Notes: generated by a model not told the origin, from the sequence alone. Shown: positions 18,629 through 28,826, counted from the stretch's first letter. The stretch is DNA of 64,000 bases from an uncultured Actinomycetota bacterium (GCA_963753435.1 CAVWCF010000001.1:1344001-1408000), one strand, 5' to 3'. Made by a program: numbers and translations.

Positions 18629-21043
18629 ATGGGCGGCCTTTGGACACGGTGGATCGCCCGGGACCTGCGACGGCGGTGGCTCCTGGTTCTTGCGATCGCC
18701 TTGGTGGTCGCATTGGGCACCGGCACCTACGCGGCCCTCATTGGGACCAGCACCTGGCGGACGCAGTCCAACGACGCGAGCTTTGAGGCGCTGGCCTTCC
18801 ATGACGTGCGGGTCTCGCTCACGACCGGAGCCACAGTTCAGGAGGGCAGGCTCGCCGGTTTGCTGAGCGACCTACCGTCGGCGGCAGCGGTCACCGCCGC
18901 CGAGGAGCGTCTCGCCGTGCCGACCCTGGTGGAGGTTGGTGAGTCGCTGGTGTCCGGGCGCCTGGTGGGGTCCGGGTCCGGGGCGCAGCCGCTGACCGTC
19001 AACCGTGTTCACATTGAGGCGGGGAACGCACCTGTCGCCGGACAGCCTGCCGGGATCCTGGAGTACAAGTTCGCGAGCGCCGTCGACGCGCCCGCCTCCG
19101 GAACGGTCCGGCTGAGCGGTGGTGCGCCGCTGGCCTACACCGGCCTCGGCTACCCGCCCGACGACTTCATCGTCTCCGGCGGCGGTGCCGGCTTCTTCCT
19201 CGCAGACAGCGGCTTCGCCTCGGTGTACACCTCGCTGCCGCTGTCCCAGCAGATCAGTGGCGCGGCCGCCCAGGTCAACGAAGTGGTTGTCAGGCTGGCG
19301 CCTGATGCCCAGCCCGCCGTGATAGCGGAGGAACTGACCGCCGCCTTGGCGGCTGCCGAACCGCCGATCAGCGCGACCGTGACCGTCGGGACCGAGGAGA
19401 TCTCTTACCGCGTGCTCTACGAGGACATCGAGCAGGACGAGGAGTTCTGGACGATCATCGCGATGCTCATGCTGATCGGAGCCACTTTCGCCGCGCTGAA
19501 TCTGATTGGCCGAGTGGTGGAGGGCGAGCGTCGCGAGATCGGCGTCGGCATGGCCCTGGGAAAGCCGACCTGGACCCTGGCGGTCCGTCCGATGCTGCTG
19601 GGCCTGGAGATCGCCGTGGTCGGCGTAGTGCTTGGCCTGCTGATCGGCTGGCTTCTGACCATTCCGTTGGAGAGTCTGTTCACGTCCCTGCTGCCGCTGC
19701 CGGTGTGGGAGACGCCGCTCGTTCTGGCTCCATTCTTCCGTGCCGCGGCCTTCGGCGTGCTCCTTCCGATGGCTGCGGTGACCTGGCCAGTGTGGCGGGC
19801 CGTGCGGGTTGAGCCGGTCGACGCCATTCGGGTCGGCCACCTCGCGGCCCACGGCGCCGGCTGGTCCGGGCTGCTGCGACGGATCCCAATGCCGGGCCGT
19901 TCCTACTGGGAGATGCCGCTGCGCAACCTGCTCCGCACCCCCCGCCGCACCGTGCTCACTGCACTCGGGGTGGCCATGGCCATCACCGTGACCATCACCG
20001 TCAGCGGGTTGATCGACTCCTTCAGCGCCACGATCGACGAGGCGGAAGCAGAGATGACGACCACCTCGCCCGATCGGTTGTCGGTCCGGCTGGACAGCTA
20101 CCGGCCGCTCAACGACCCGGTCTTCGCCGAGGTGTCGGCCCTGCCAGGGGTCGCCGAGGTGATCCCCGGGCTGGTGGTCGGGGCACGAGGGGCCAACGGC
20201 GACAGTGGGGACGTCGACCTCCTCGTGGAGGTCCTCGACCCGGCGACAGCGCCCTGGCAGCCCACCGTGATCGAAGGCGCCACCGGCGACGGGCTACTGC
20301 TGACCGAACCTGCACTGCGGGACCTGGGTGCCGCGGTCGGCGACGAGGTGACCCTGACCCATCCGGTCGTGACGGCGACCGGCGTCGCCCTCACCGACAG
20401 CCGGCTCCCCGTGGCAGGGGTCCACCCCTATCCACTGCGCCCCGTCACCTACCTTGATCCCGCCTCGGCGGTGGTCTTCGGCTTGAGCGGTGCGGCCAAC
20501 CAGTTGACGGTGCTACCCGAGGGCGACGCGAACCCCGACGACGTGAGGCGGGCCCTGTTCGGTGTCCCAGCAGTCGCCGGGGTCACTTCGCCTACCGGCC
20601 TGGCCGATGCCTTCCGTCAGGCGGTCGACGATTTCGTCGGAATCCTCGCCGTGGTCGCCCTGGTGACCATTGCCCTGGTCCTGCTGATCGCGTTCAACTC
20701 GGCCAGCATCTCCGCCGACGAGCGCCGCCGCGAGCACGCAACGATGTTCGCGTACGGCCTGCGCAGCCGGACGGTCCTCGGTATGACGATCACGGAGAGC
20801 GCGCTGCTCGGCGTTCTCGGGACGGCGTTCGGCATCGCTTTGGGGTCCGTCGTGCTCCGCTGGATGATCCTGTCGCAACTGCCTGACACCCTGCCCGAGA
20901 TCGGCCTCACGGTGGACTTGACTCGGGCCTCGATCGTGCAGGCGGCCGCGCTCGGCATCATCGCGCTCTCAGTGGCACCGCTCTTCACCGCTGGCCGGCT
21001 ACGTCACATGGACATACCGGGAACCCTGCGGGTCGTGGAATGA
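18629..21043 (+). CDS. FtsX/MacB-like ABC permease with duplicated architecture
   Basis: Two repeats of TM + extracellular domain + ERREIG/ERRREHA + three TM. Confidence 0.88.
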   Translation: MGGLWTRWIARDLRRRWLLVLAIALVVALGTGTYAALIGTSTWRTQSNDASFEALAFHDVRVSLTTGATVQEGRLAGLLSDLPSAAAVTAAEERLAVPTLVEVGESLVSGRLVGSGSGAQPLTVNRVHIEAGNAPVAGQPAGILEYKFASAVDAPASGTVRLSGGAPLAYTGLGYPPDDFIVSGGGAGFFLADSGFASVYTSLPLSQQISGAAAQVNEVVVRLAPDAQPAVIAEELTAALAAAEPPISATVTVGTEEISYRVLYEDIEQDEEFWTIIAMLMLIGATFAALNLIGRVVEGERREIGVGMALGKPTWTLAVRPMLLGLEIAVVGVVLGLLIGWLLTIPLESLFTSLLPLPVWETPLVLAPFFRAAAFGVLLPMAAVTWPVWRAVRVEPVDAIRVGHLAAHGAGWSGLLRRIPMPGRSYWEMPLRNLLRTPRRTVLTALGVAMAITVTITVSGLIDSFSATIDEAEAEMTTTSPDRLSVRLDSYRPLNDPVFAEVSALPGVAEVIPGLVVGARGANGDSGDVDLLVEVLDPATAPWQPTVIEGATGDGLLLTEPALRDLGAAVGDEVTLTHPVVTATGVALTDSRLPVAGVHPYPLRPVTYLDPASAVVFGLSGAANQLTVLPEGDANPDDVRRALFGVPAVAGVTSPTGLADAFRQAVDDFVGILAVVALVTIALVLLIAFNSASISADERRREHATMFAYGLRSRTVLGMTITESALLGVLGTAFGIALGSVVLRWMILSQLPDTLPEIGLTVDLTRASIVQAAALGIIALSVAPLFTAGRLRHMDIPGTLRVVE

Positions 21044-21065
21044 GCGGAGGGCGTGAACTCACGAG

Positions 21066-21152
21066 CGGAGGGCGTGGGATTCGAACCCACGAGGAGCGTG
21101 AACTCCTAGCGGTTTTCAAGACCGCCGCCATCGGCCACTAGGCGAGCCCTCC
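21066..21152 (-). tRNA. tRNA-Ser(TGA)
   Basis: Reverse complement GGAGGGCTCGCCTAGTGGCCGATGGCGGCGGTCT-TGA-AAACCGCTAGGAGTTCACGCTCCTCGTGGGTTCGAATCCCACGCCCTCCG. Confidence 0.96.
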
Positions 21153-21214
21153 CGGCTCGACAAGGGTAGGCGCTGCGCCGAGCGGTCGATGCGGCGTCAT
21201 GTCAGGGTGTCGAC

Positions 21215-21640
21215 ATGACGCATGACACCCATCATCGCCAGGTCCACATCGAGCGCACCGCACCCAAGCGGCTGACTGCCGTCAATGCCCGCGGCGGTCG
21301 GCTGGAAATGGGCACCGGGGACGACGCCGACTTCAGCCCGACCGAGCTGCTGCTGGCGGCACTGGGTGGCTGCACCGCCATCGATGTCGACGTGGTCACC
21401 AGTCGTCGCGCCGAACCGGAGGAGTTCAGCGTCCAGGTCGACGCGGAGAAGATCCGCGACGACGACGGCAACCGGCTGACTGATCTCGCGATCACGTTTC
21501 GCATCCGATTCCCTGAGGGCGAGGCCGGCGACGCGGCCCGCGAGGTCCTACCCGAGGCAGTGCGCAAGTCGCACGACCGCTGGTGCACCGTCGGTCGGAC
21601 CGTGACCGTGGGTACGCCGAGCACCGTCACGATCGAGTGA
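21215..21640 (+). CDS. OsmC-family protein
   Basis: PTELLLAALGGC and SHDRWCTVGRT cysteine pair. Confidence 0.88.
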   Translation: MTHDTHHRQVHIERTAPKRLTAVNARGGRLEMGTGDDADFSPTELLLAALGGCTAIDVDVVTSRRAEPEEFSVQVDAEKIRDDDGNRLTDLAITFRIRFPEGEAGDAAREVLPEAVRKSHDRWCTVGRTVTVGTPSTVTIE

Positions 21641-21665
21641 CCGCGACGGCTGAGAGGATGACGCC

Positions 21666-21980
21666 GTGAAAGGCGCGCTGCTCCGCTACCGAGTGATGTC
21701 CTACGTCACCGGCGTAGTGCTGGCGCTGGGCACGATCGCCGCGTTGCTGAAGTACGCCGGCGGCCCGGAGTTGCCCGGATACAGCGCGTTGTGGATCGGC
21801 CACGGCTGGCTCTACATGATCTACCTGGTCACCGTTCTGGACCTTGGTATTCGCGCCCGATTCGGGTTGGCCAAGATCGTCGGCGTCTGTCTGGCCGGGA
21901 CGATCCCGTTCGCCGCGTTCTTCGTTGAACCCCGCATCCACCGCTCGGTGGAACGGCTCAGCAACGACCTATTGGCCTGA
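21666..21980 (+). CDS. DUF3817-like membrane protein
   Basis: RYRVMSYVTGV, HGWLYMIYL and LAGTIPF. Confidence 0.85.
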   Translation: MKGALLRYRVMSYVTGVVLALGTIAALLKYAGGPELPGYSALWIGHGWLYMIYLVTVLDLGIRARFGLAKIVGVCLAGTIPFAAFFVEPRIHRSVERLSNDLLA

Positions 21981-21989
21981 ATGGCGCAT

Positions 21990-22715
21990 TCACGTTGGTG
22001 GCCCTGTTGGGGTTGAGTGGGCGTGCGTGCCGATCGCGCGGATGGTCAGGAAGCCGGCGACCGCGGCGACCACCCACCACTGGATCGCGTAGCCCAACGA
22101 CCGCCACGACGTGCGCACCACGGGCGCCGTCTGCGGTGACGGCAACGGCTCCACGCCTTGAGGCGTCGGCGTCTGCTCCGCCAACTGCAGCACCGCGTTG
22201 ACGAGCCGATAGTCGACCTCGCTCACCAAGGGCACCGGGCTCAACGCCGGCAACTCGGTGGGTGTGAGCCCGGCTAGATCGGCCGGGTCCAGCGGTTCAG
22301 CCGCGATCAGCCAGCCGAGCACCTCGACTTCGCCGCCGTTCGGCGGCGGTGCCGCCGATCCGGTGGGCACTGTTCCCCGGGCGACCAGGACCGCGTCTCC
22401 GGTAGCGAACAACAACGGCGTCATCACTACGTCCGTAGCTGGAACCAAGCCCGGGTCGACGACGATGCGCTGCTGCGTCTCGTCGAAGCGGCCGATCACC
22501 CGGACCGCGCGCGGCGGCTCCCCAACGCGCACGATGCGGTCCTCGCCGATGGCGTCCGCAAGGTCCACGGCCTCGTCCAGACCGACCTGCGGCGGCGGTA
22601 GTTCCGTGCGCGCCCGGTCCCACTGCCAGGCACCAAGACCGACGAAGAACACCATCGTCACCAGTGCCACCAGGATCAGTGCAATCCACCGGGGCGAAAG
22701 CAGGAACCGGTACAC
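21990..22715 (-). CDS. SURF1-family membrane protein
   Basis: LGAWQWDRA, VLVARG and GYAIQWW. Confidence 0.82.
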   Translation of the reverse strand: MYRFLLSPRWIALILVALVTMVFFVGLGAWQWDRARTELPPPQVGLDEAVDLADAIGEDRIVRVGEPPRAVRVIGRFDETQQRIVVDPGLVPATDVVMTPLLFATGDAVLVARGTVPTGSAAPPPNGGEVEVLGWLIAAEPLDPADLAGLTPTELPALSPVPLVSEVDYRLVNAVLQLAEQTPTPQGVEPLPSPQTAPVVRTSWRSLGYAIQWWVVAAVAGFLTIRAIGTHAHSTPTGPPT

Positions 22716-22725
22716 CGGGAAATCG

Positions 22726-23805
22726 TCAGGCCCGCGGCCGGCGCAATCCGGCGGCGCCCTTGGCCCCCCTGGCGATCACCAACTGGTCGCCACGCTCCAG
22801 CTCGGCGACCACCGGCTCGTCGTAGCGACGCTTCACGCCATCGCGGATGACGGCGATTACCGGTTCGTTCACTTCCCGCGGGGACTTGCCGACCTCGTCG
22901 GGGGTGATGGGCCGCTGCGCCAGTTCCAGCCCCGAGCCGGCCGACAGCAGATCCTCGATGACCTCGCCGACCAGTGGGGCGTTTGCTGCCAGACCCATGA
23001 TCCGGCCAGCGGCCTCTGAGGACGTGATCACGTTGTCGGCGCCGGACTCCCGGGCCAGGTCAACGTTGGAGTCCTCCCGGACCGACGTCACGATCAGGGC
23101 GGTCGGGTTGAGCCGACGAGCGTTCAGCGTGGCCAGGATCGCGGTGGCGTCGTCCTTGACCGCGATGATGAACCTGCGCGCCCGGAGCGCCTCGGCCTGC
23201 CGCAGGATGTCCGCGTCGGCACCGGAGCCGGTGATGGCGGTGTAACCGTCGGCCTTGGCCCGGCTGAGTTCCTCCTCGCCGGACTCGATCACCACGATGT
23301 CCTTGCTCGGCACGCCGGAGTCGATCAGCGACTGCACAGCCGCGCGACCCTTGACGCCGTACCCGATGACGATGTTGTGGGCGATCACGCTCTTCCTCCA
23401 ACGATCTCTTCGGTACCCGGCCCGCGCGTCCTTGGTGAGCAACTCAACTGTCGTCCCGACCAGGGTGAACAGGAACAGGACGCGCAGCGGCGTCACCAGG
23501 AAGACGTTCGACAGCCGGGCCAGGTCCGACACCGGCGAGACGTCCCCGTACCCGGTTGTCGACAGCGTGACGGTCGAGTAATACAGCGCGTCCAGATACG
23601 AGACTTCGCCGTCGGCGGTATCGGTGTAACCATCCCGGTCCAGCCAGACCAGCACCGACAGCAGCACCAGCAGGAACACCGCGAACCCGACGCGGACGGC
23701 AACCTTCCGGAGTGCCGGCACCTCGCGCTCGGGCAGAATGACTTCGCCGTACGCGTACTCCGCACGCGGGCCGTCGGCCACGGCGCTGGGTCTTGCCTCG
23801 CTCAC
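22726..23805 (-). CDS. Potassium channel with TrkA-N/RCK domain
   Basis: LYYSTVTLSTTGYGD selectivity filter; IGYGVKG RCK motif. Confidence 0.9.
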   Translation of the reverse strand: MSEARPSAVADGPRAEYAYGEVILPEREVPALRKVAVRVGFAVFLLVLLSVLVWLDRDGYTDTADGEVSYLDALYYSTVTLSTTGYGDVSPVSDLARLSNVFLVTPLRVLFLFTLVGTTVELLTKDARAGYRRDRWRKSVIAHNIVIGYGVKGRAAVQSLIDSGVPSKDIVVIESGEEELSRAKADGYTAITGSGADADILRQAEALRARRFIIAVKDDATAILATLNARRLNPTALIVTSVREDSNVDLARESGADNVITSSEAAGRIMGLAANAPLVGEVIEDLLSAGSGLELAQRPITPDEVGKSPREVNEPVIAVIRDGVKRRYDEPVVAELERGDQLVIARGAKGAAGLRRPRA

Positions 23806-23815
23806 GAGCCGAACC

Positions 23816-24577
23816 CTACGGCGGCTTCGGCGCCCAATCCGGCAGGCGCTGCTCACGGAACGCGGCTATCCCTTCGGCCGCCTCCGCGGACGCGAACCGT
23901 TCCGCCGACACCTCCGCCGCCCAGGCGGCTGCGGACTCACCCGACTCCGGCCCCCGCCGCAGCACCTCCTTGGTGGCCGCCAGCGCTTGCGGACCGCCGC
24001 GGCGGATCGACGCCACCCAGGCGTCCACCTGCTCATCCAATGCGGCAATGTCGTCGGCGGACCGGGTGAGCAGACCCGCAGCTGCCATGAACTCCGCGTC
24101 CACGCGCTCGCCGGTGAGCATCAACTCCGCGGCCTGCCGCGTTCGCATCACCCGCAGGCAATGCCCGGCGATCACGGCCGGGGTCACCCCCAAACGCACT
24201 TCGGCGAAGGCAAACCTCGCGGTGCGCGGCGCGATGGCCAGGTCGCAGGCGGCTATCAGTCCCAGGCCACCGCCGTAAGCGTCACCGTTGACCCGCGCGA
24301 TCGTTGGTACGGGCAGCGCCGCGAGGGCGCCCAGCAGCCCACCCAACTGTTGCGGCGCGTCTTCGTCGAAGCCGCTGAGGTCGGCGCCGGCGCAGAACAC
24401 CGGACCGGCCGCCGTCAGCACGACGACTCGCACCGACCCGTCAGCGGCCACGCCGGTGAGCGCTGAGCCCAGCCCGGACATCAGCTCGCGGCTCAGGCGG
24501 TTGCGGTGCTTGGGGTCGGCGAGGGTGATCGTGGCCCGGCCGTCAGCCACGGTGACGGTGACCAGGTCGGAGCTCAC
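23816..24577 (-). CDS. Enoyl-CoA hydratase (methylglutaconyl-CoA hydratase-like)
   Basis: FCAGADL, GGGLGLIAACD and FAFAEVRLG. Confidence 0.88.
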   Translation of the reverse strand: MSSDLVTVTVADGRATITLADPKHRNRLSRELMSGLGSALTGVAADGSVRVVVLTAAGPVFCAGADLSGFDEDAPQQLGGLLGALAALPVPTIARVNGDAYGGGLGLIAACDLAIAPRTARFAFAEVRLGVTPAVIAGHCLRVMRTRQAAELMLTGERVDAEFMAAAGLLTRSADDIAALDEQVDAWVASIRRGGPQALAATKEVLRRGPESGESAAAWAAEVSAERFASAEAAEGIAAFREQRLPDWAPKPP

Positions 24578-24636
24578 CCGCCCACCTTGCCGTAGCCGGT
24601 GCCGTCCGCGCAGGCGCTCGCTCTACGCTCGCGCAG

Positions 24637-25617
24637 GTGCGCGCAATAGTCATCACGGAACCGGGCGACCCTTCGGTGCTGTCCTGGGAAGAGGTCATCG
24701 ACCCCGTACCCGCTGCCGGTGAGGTGCTGGTGCGGGTAGCCGCCAGCGCCGTCAACCGGGCCGACGTCCTGCAACGCAAGGGCTACTACCCCCCGCCGCC
24801 GGGCGCCTCGCCGCTGCCGGGCCTGGAGTGCTCCGGAACCGTCGCCGCGTTGGGGCCTGGCGTCACCGATTGGACGGTCGGCGACGAGGTGTGCGCGATC
24901 GTGTCCGGCGGTGGCTATGCCGAATTGGTGGCGGTGCCCGCCGGCCAACTCATGCCCGTGCCGCCCGGCATCGACCTGGTTACCGCCGCCGCAATACCGG
25001 AGGTCGCGGCCACCGTCTGGTCGAACGTGTTCATGCTCGCCGGACTGCGGCCCGGCGAGACGCTGCTGTTGCATGGCGGCTCCTCCGGAATCGGCACATT
25101 CGGGATCCAGTTGGCAAAGGCGCTAGGCGCCCGCGTCGCCGTCACCGCCGGGACCGACCAGAAACTGCAGCGCTGCGCGGAACTAGGCGCGGAGGTGCTG
25201 ATCAACTATCGGGAGCAGGACTTCGTCGCCGAGGTGCTGGCTGCCACCGAAGGTGCCGGTGCGGACGTGATCCTGGACAACATGGGGGCCAAGTACCTGG
25301 CCCGCAACGTCGAGGTGTTGGCCGTGAACGGCCGCCTGGTCATCATCGGCATGCAAGGCGGCACCACCGCCGAACTGGACATCGCGAGGCTGCTGAACAA
25401 GCGGGCTGCGGTGCTGGCTACCTCACTGCGGCAACGCAGCGAGGCGGAGAAGGCCGCGATTGTTGCGTCCACCGTCGAACACGTTTGGCCGCTGCTGGCT
25501 GACGGCACGATTCACCCGGTCGTGGATCGCGTCCTGCCCATGAGCGACGCGGCGGCGGCGCACGCGCTGATGGAGTCCTCAGAGCACGTCGGCAAGATCC
25601 TGCTCAAGACGCCGTGA
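24637..25617 (+). CDS. NAD(P)H-quinone oxidoreductase (PIG3 family)
   Basis: VNRADVLQRKG.YPPP, GGGYAE and LHGGSSGIG. Confidence 0.92.
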   Translation: MRAIVITEPGDPSVLSWEEVIDPVPAAGEVLVRVAASAVNRADVLQRKGYYPPPPGASPLPGLECSGTVAALGPGVTDWTVGDEVCAIVSGGGYAELVAVPAGQLMPVPPGIDLVTAAAIPEVAATVWSNVFMLAGLRPGETLLLHGGSSGIGTFGIQLAKALGARVAVTAGTDQKLQRCAELGAEVLINYREQDFVAEVLAATEGAGADVILDNMGAKYLARNVEVLAVNGRLVIIGMQGGTTAELDIARLLNKRAAVLATSLRQRSEAEKAAIVASTVEHVWPLLADGTIHPVVDRVLPMSDAAAAHALMESSEHVGKILLKTP

Positions 25618-26764
25618 CCGGGCGCAGCCGAGTCGGCACCAGTCGACTGGTCAGCGGACCCAGGATCGCCAGGATCAGGACGTAGGCGGTCGCCAACGGC
25701 GCCAGCTCGTTGTTCACGCCGGCCGCGATGCCCGCGATCACCAGCGAGAACTCGCCCCGGGCCACGAGCGCGGTGCCGGCCCGCAAGCGGCCGCGGGTCG
25801 CCGCACCTTCGCGGGCAGCGGCGTTGGCGCCCGACCACACCTTTGTCACTGCGGTGACGACGGCCAGCAACAGCGCGGCCGGCAGAACTGGTGGTAGGTC
25901 GCTCAGGTCCACGTTGAGCCCGATGCTGACGAAGAAGAGCGCGGCGAACACGTCCCGCAACGGTGCGATGAGCTCTCGGGCCCGCCGCGCCTCCTGTCCG
26001 ACCAAGGCCAGGCCGACCAGGAACGCGCCAACGGCGGCCGAAGCGTCCACGAACTCCGCAAGGCCGGCGACCAGCAGGGTGAGACCCAGGACGCGCAGGA
26101 GCAGATGCTCGTCACGCTGGGAGGAGACCGCCCGGGCGACCCGCTCGCCCTGCCGTGCCGACAGCCAAAGCGCGGCGGCGACCACGGCGACAGCCAGCGC
26201 CACCCCAAGCAGCGCCCGGGGCCACTCGCCACCGCTGGCCAGCACCGCCAGCACCGGCAGGTAGATCGCCATGGCGATGTCTTCCAGCACCAGCACGCTC
26301 AGCACTGCCGGTGTCTCCCGGTTGGCCAGTCGACCCAGGTCGGAAAGCAGCTGCGCCACGATCCCTGATGACGAAATCCAGGTAACCCCGGCCAGAGCGA
26401 AACTGCCCACGAAGCCGAAACCCAACAACCAGCCGATGACGAAACCCGGTGTTGCGTTGGCCAGCAGGTCGATGAAGCCGGAAGGCAAATGCCGACGCAT
26501 GGCCGAGGAGAACTCCGCGGCGGTGAACTCCAGGCCCAGGCTGAGCAGGAGCAGCACCACGCCCAGGACCGCCGCCACCTCTATGAATCCGGCCGCCGGG
26601 TCGGTGTCGAACCACGGAGTGGCGCCCAGCCCCAGCCCGGCCAGCAGATACAGCGGGATCCCCGGAAGGGAGAGGCGACTGGCGAGCACCCCAAGTAGAC
26701 CCAGCCCGAGGAGTACGGCGCCGAGTTCCAGCAGTGCCGAGGCGCTATCGCCTCCGGCGGCCAT
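25604..26764 (-). CDS. CPA2 cation:proton antiporter (KhtU-like)
   Basis: ISSSGI, VLVLEDIAMA, FFVSIG and ARGEFS. Confidence 0.9.
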   Translation of the reverse strand: MAAGGDSASALLELGAVLLGLGLLGVLASRLSLPGIPLYLLAGLGLGATPWFDTDPAAGFIEVAAVLGVVLLLLSLGLEFTAAEFSSAMRRHLPSGFIDLLANATPGFVIGWLLGFGFVGSFALAGVTWISSSGIVAQLLSDLGRLANRETPAVLSVLVLEDIAMAIYLPVLAVLASGGEWPRALLGVALAVAVVAAALWLSARQGERVARAVSSQRDEHLLLRVLGLTLLVAGLAEFVDASAAVGAFLVGLALVGQEARRARELIAPLRDVFAALFFVSIGLNVDLSDLPPVLPAALLLAVVTAVTKVWSGANAAAREGAATRGRLRAGTALVARGEFSLVIAGIAAGVNNELAPLATAYVLILAILGPLTSRLVPTRLRPVTAS

Positions 26765-26774
26765 GACGAACAGG

Positions 26775-27254
26775 TCAGGCCCCCAGAATCCGCTCGACGC
26801 CGTGGATGCCCTCATGGGTCCCGATCACCACGAGCACGTCCCCGGCCCGCAGTGGCTCCGCCGGACTCGGCGACGCAACCACGTCGTCGCCGCGCACGAT
26901 GGCAACAACGCTTGCCCCGGTGAGGGTGCGCGCCCTCGTGTCCCCAAGGGTCTTGCCGTCGTACTCCGAGCCCGGACCAATAGCCACCTGGCCCGCCGAC
27001 AGCCCAGGCACCTCTTTGGTGAGGTCCGCGAACCGTTCAGCGATGCGCGGGGCGCCGAGGATCTCGGCCACGGCCTCAGCCTCGTGCGGGGTCAGGCTGA
27101 TGAGTTCGCGGCACTCGTCGGGATCGCCGGACTCGTACAGCGCCAGATCTATCTCGCCGCTTCGACGCGCGACCATGGCCATCCGCTGCCCGGCAGCGGT
27201 GGTGAACTCGTAGCGCAGCCCGACGCCGGGCAGCAGCACTTCGGTGACGTCCAT
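26775..27254 (-). CDS. Antiporter regulatory subunit (KhtT-like, TrkA-C)
   Basis: LPGVGLRYEF; GASVVAIVRG..SPSP..L.AGD. Confidence 0.9.
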   Translation of the reverse strand: MDVTEVLLPGVGLRYEFTTAAGQRMAMVARRSGEIDLALYESGDPDECRELISLTPHEAEAVAEILGAPRIAERFADLTKEVPGLSAGQVAIGPGSEYDGKTLGDTRARTLTGASVVAIVRGDDVVASPSPAEPLRAGDVLVVIGTHEGIHGVERILGA

Positions 27255-27294
27255 ACCCGCATCCTGCCGCGAACGTTGGCCGGCGGCAGCAGCG

Positions 27295-28251
27295 CTACTC
27301 CTCGTCGCCGAAGACGCTGAACACCGCGAGGGCATGCATTCCCACGGATTCGTACAGCCGGACCGCGCCGGTCGGGTTGGCCGCGTCCACGGTCAACTGC
27401 AGTTGGCCGTAGCCGGCATCGGCCGCGTCGTGCATGGCCCGGTGCAGAAGCGCCTTGGCCAACCCCCGGCCACGGTGCTGCGGCACCGTCGCCAGCGTGT
27501 ACACGAAACCGGCATTCAGCTCAGCCATGCGGTGACCACCGATCATGGTTGCCGCGATCTGCGCGTCGTTGGTCTCAACCAGCCACCACAAGCCGGGGTC
27601 GTGGCCGGCCACACCTTGCAGGTCGCTTAGCCAGACCTCGTAGGCACGCGGATGCGAGCGCCAGTGGTCGGCAAAGCCCGCCTCGGTGGCCGCATGAAAC
27701 GCCCGCAGCTCCGCGTCCGTCGCCGCTGCCCGCCGCAGCCGGTACCCGTCCGGCAGTGACACCGAGGGCAGAACCGGCGGCAGGTTCATCCCCATCCGCC
27801 AGAACATGCGGACCCGGCGCAGCCCAGCGGCCTCGTAGTGGCTGATGCTGCGGGCATCGTGTTGGTGCACGCCAGCTGTGAGCGGCAGACGCAGTCCGCT
27901 GATTTGCCGCGCCGCCGCCACCGCCTGTAGGCCCCGGGTCAGTAGCCACGTGATCACATCTTCGGCGACTTCGGGATGCGGGTAGACGTCGATCTCCGCC
28001 TCGTCGGTTGCGGTGTCGACGTAGACCAATGCGGCGGCGCGCAACTGCCCGGCGGGGTCGTGCACCAGCCAGGCCCGGGAAACCAGGTCGACCGTGCGCT
28101 CCTGCAGCAGCGCCTCGATCTGCCCCAAGGTCACATCCGGCGCAGCCAGAAACTGCGCGTCGTGAGCCAGCACCAAGTCGGTGATGGCGGGTGCATCGGA
28201 CAGTTGCGGGTGCCGCCAGGAGTAGCCCAGGGGCAGCGTCGGATCGGTCAC
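27295..28251 (-). CDS. Tandem GNAT acetyltransferase
   Basis: TVPQHRGRGLAKALL and VDAANPTGAVRLYESVG. Confidence 0.85.
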   Translation of the reverse strand: MTDPTLPLGYSWRHPQLSDAPAITDLVLAHDAQFLAAPDVTLGQIEALLQERTVDLVSRAWLVHDPAGQLRAAALVYVDTATDEAEIDVYPHPEVAEDVITWLLTRGLQAVAAARQISGLRLPLTAGVHQHDARSISHYEAAGLRRVRMFWRMGMNLPPVLPSVSLPDGYRLRRAAATDAELRAFHAATEAGFADHWRSHPRAYEVWLSDLQGVAGHDPGLWWLVETNDAQIAATMIGGHRMAELNAGFVYTLATVPQHRGRGLAKALLHRAMHDAADAGYGQLQLTVDAANPTGAVRLYESVGMHALAVFSVFGDEE

Positions 28252-28313
28252 GCAGCGGAGCCTGGCGCAGGGGTGGCGTCGCGGTCCAACCCGACCTGCG
28301 TGAAGATGGCGGG

Positions 28314-28826
28314 ATGACACAGCAACCGCCATTTCAGCCAGGCACCGACGCGATCGTCGTCGTCGGCCCGGACAGCGGGCCAGTGGGCGAGGAGCAGGCG
28401 GGTACACAGCTGACCGACTTGGTTGAGCAGCCGGCCAAGGTCATGCGCGTCGGCAGCATGATCAAGCAGTTGCTGGAGGAGGTGCGCAACGCCCCGCTGG
28501 ATGAGGCGGGCCGCCGTCGCCTGCGCGACATCCACCACCGCAGCATCGCCGAACTGGAGGACGGACTGGCTCCCGAACTCGTGGCCGAGTTGGACCGACT
28601 GTCACTGCCGTTCGGCGATGACGAGGTACCCACCGAGGCCGAACTGCGCATCGCGCAAGCGCAACTGGTCGGTTGGCTGGAGGGCCTGTTCCACGGCATC
28701 CAGACCGCGCTCTTCGCCCAGCAGATGGCCGCCCGCGCCCAGTTCGAGGAGATGCGCCGCCGGGCACTGCCGGCCGGCGAAGGCGAGCAGCCGGAGCAAC
28801 CGGGAATTCACGGCAACTACCTGTGA
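28314..28826 (+). CDS. bpa: Bacterial proteasome activator (Bpa/PafE)
   Basis: QPAKVMRVGSMIKQLLEEV, ELRIAQAQLVGWLEGLFHGIQ and C-terminal GNYL (GQYL-like). Confidence 0.93.
   Translation: MTQQPPFQPGTDAIVVVGPDSGPVGEEQAGTQLTDLVEQPAKVMRVGSMIKQLLEEVRNAPLDEAGRRRLRDIHHRSIAELEDGLAPELVAELDRLSLPFGDDEVPTEAELRIAQAQLVGWLEGLFHGIQTALFAQQMAARAQFEEMRRRALPAGEGEQPEQPGIHGNYL

Larger units (their letters stand above)
17459..21120. mobile_element. Degenerate tRNA-Ser-integrated islet (no integrase) carrying an ABC exporter
   Basis: Bounded by 58-bp direct repeats of the tRNA 3' end. Confidence 0.65.
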
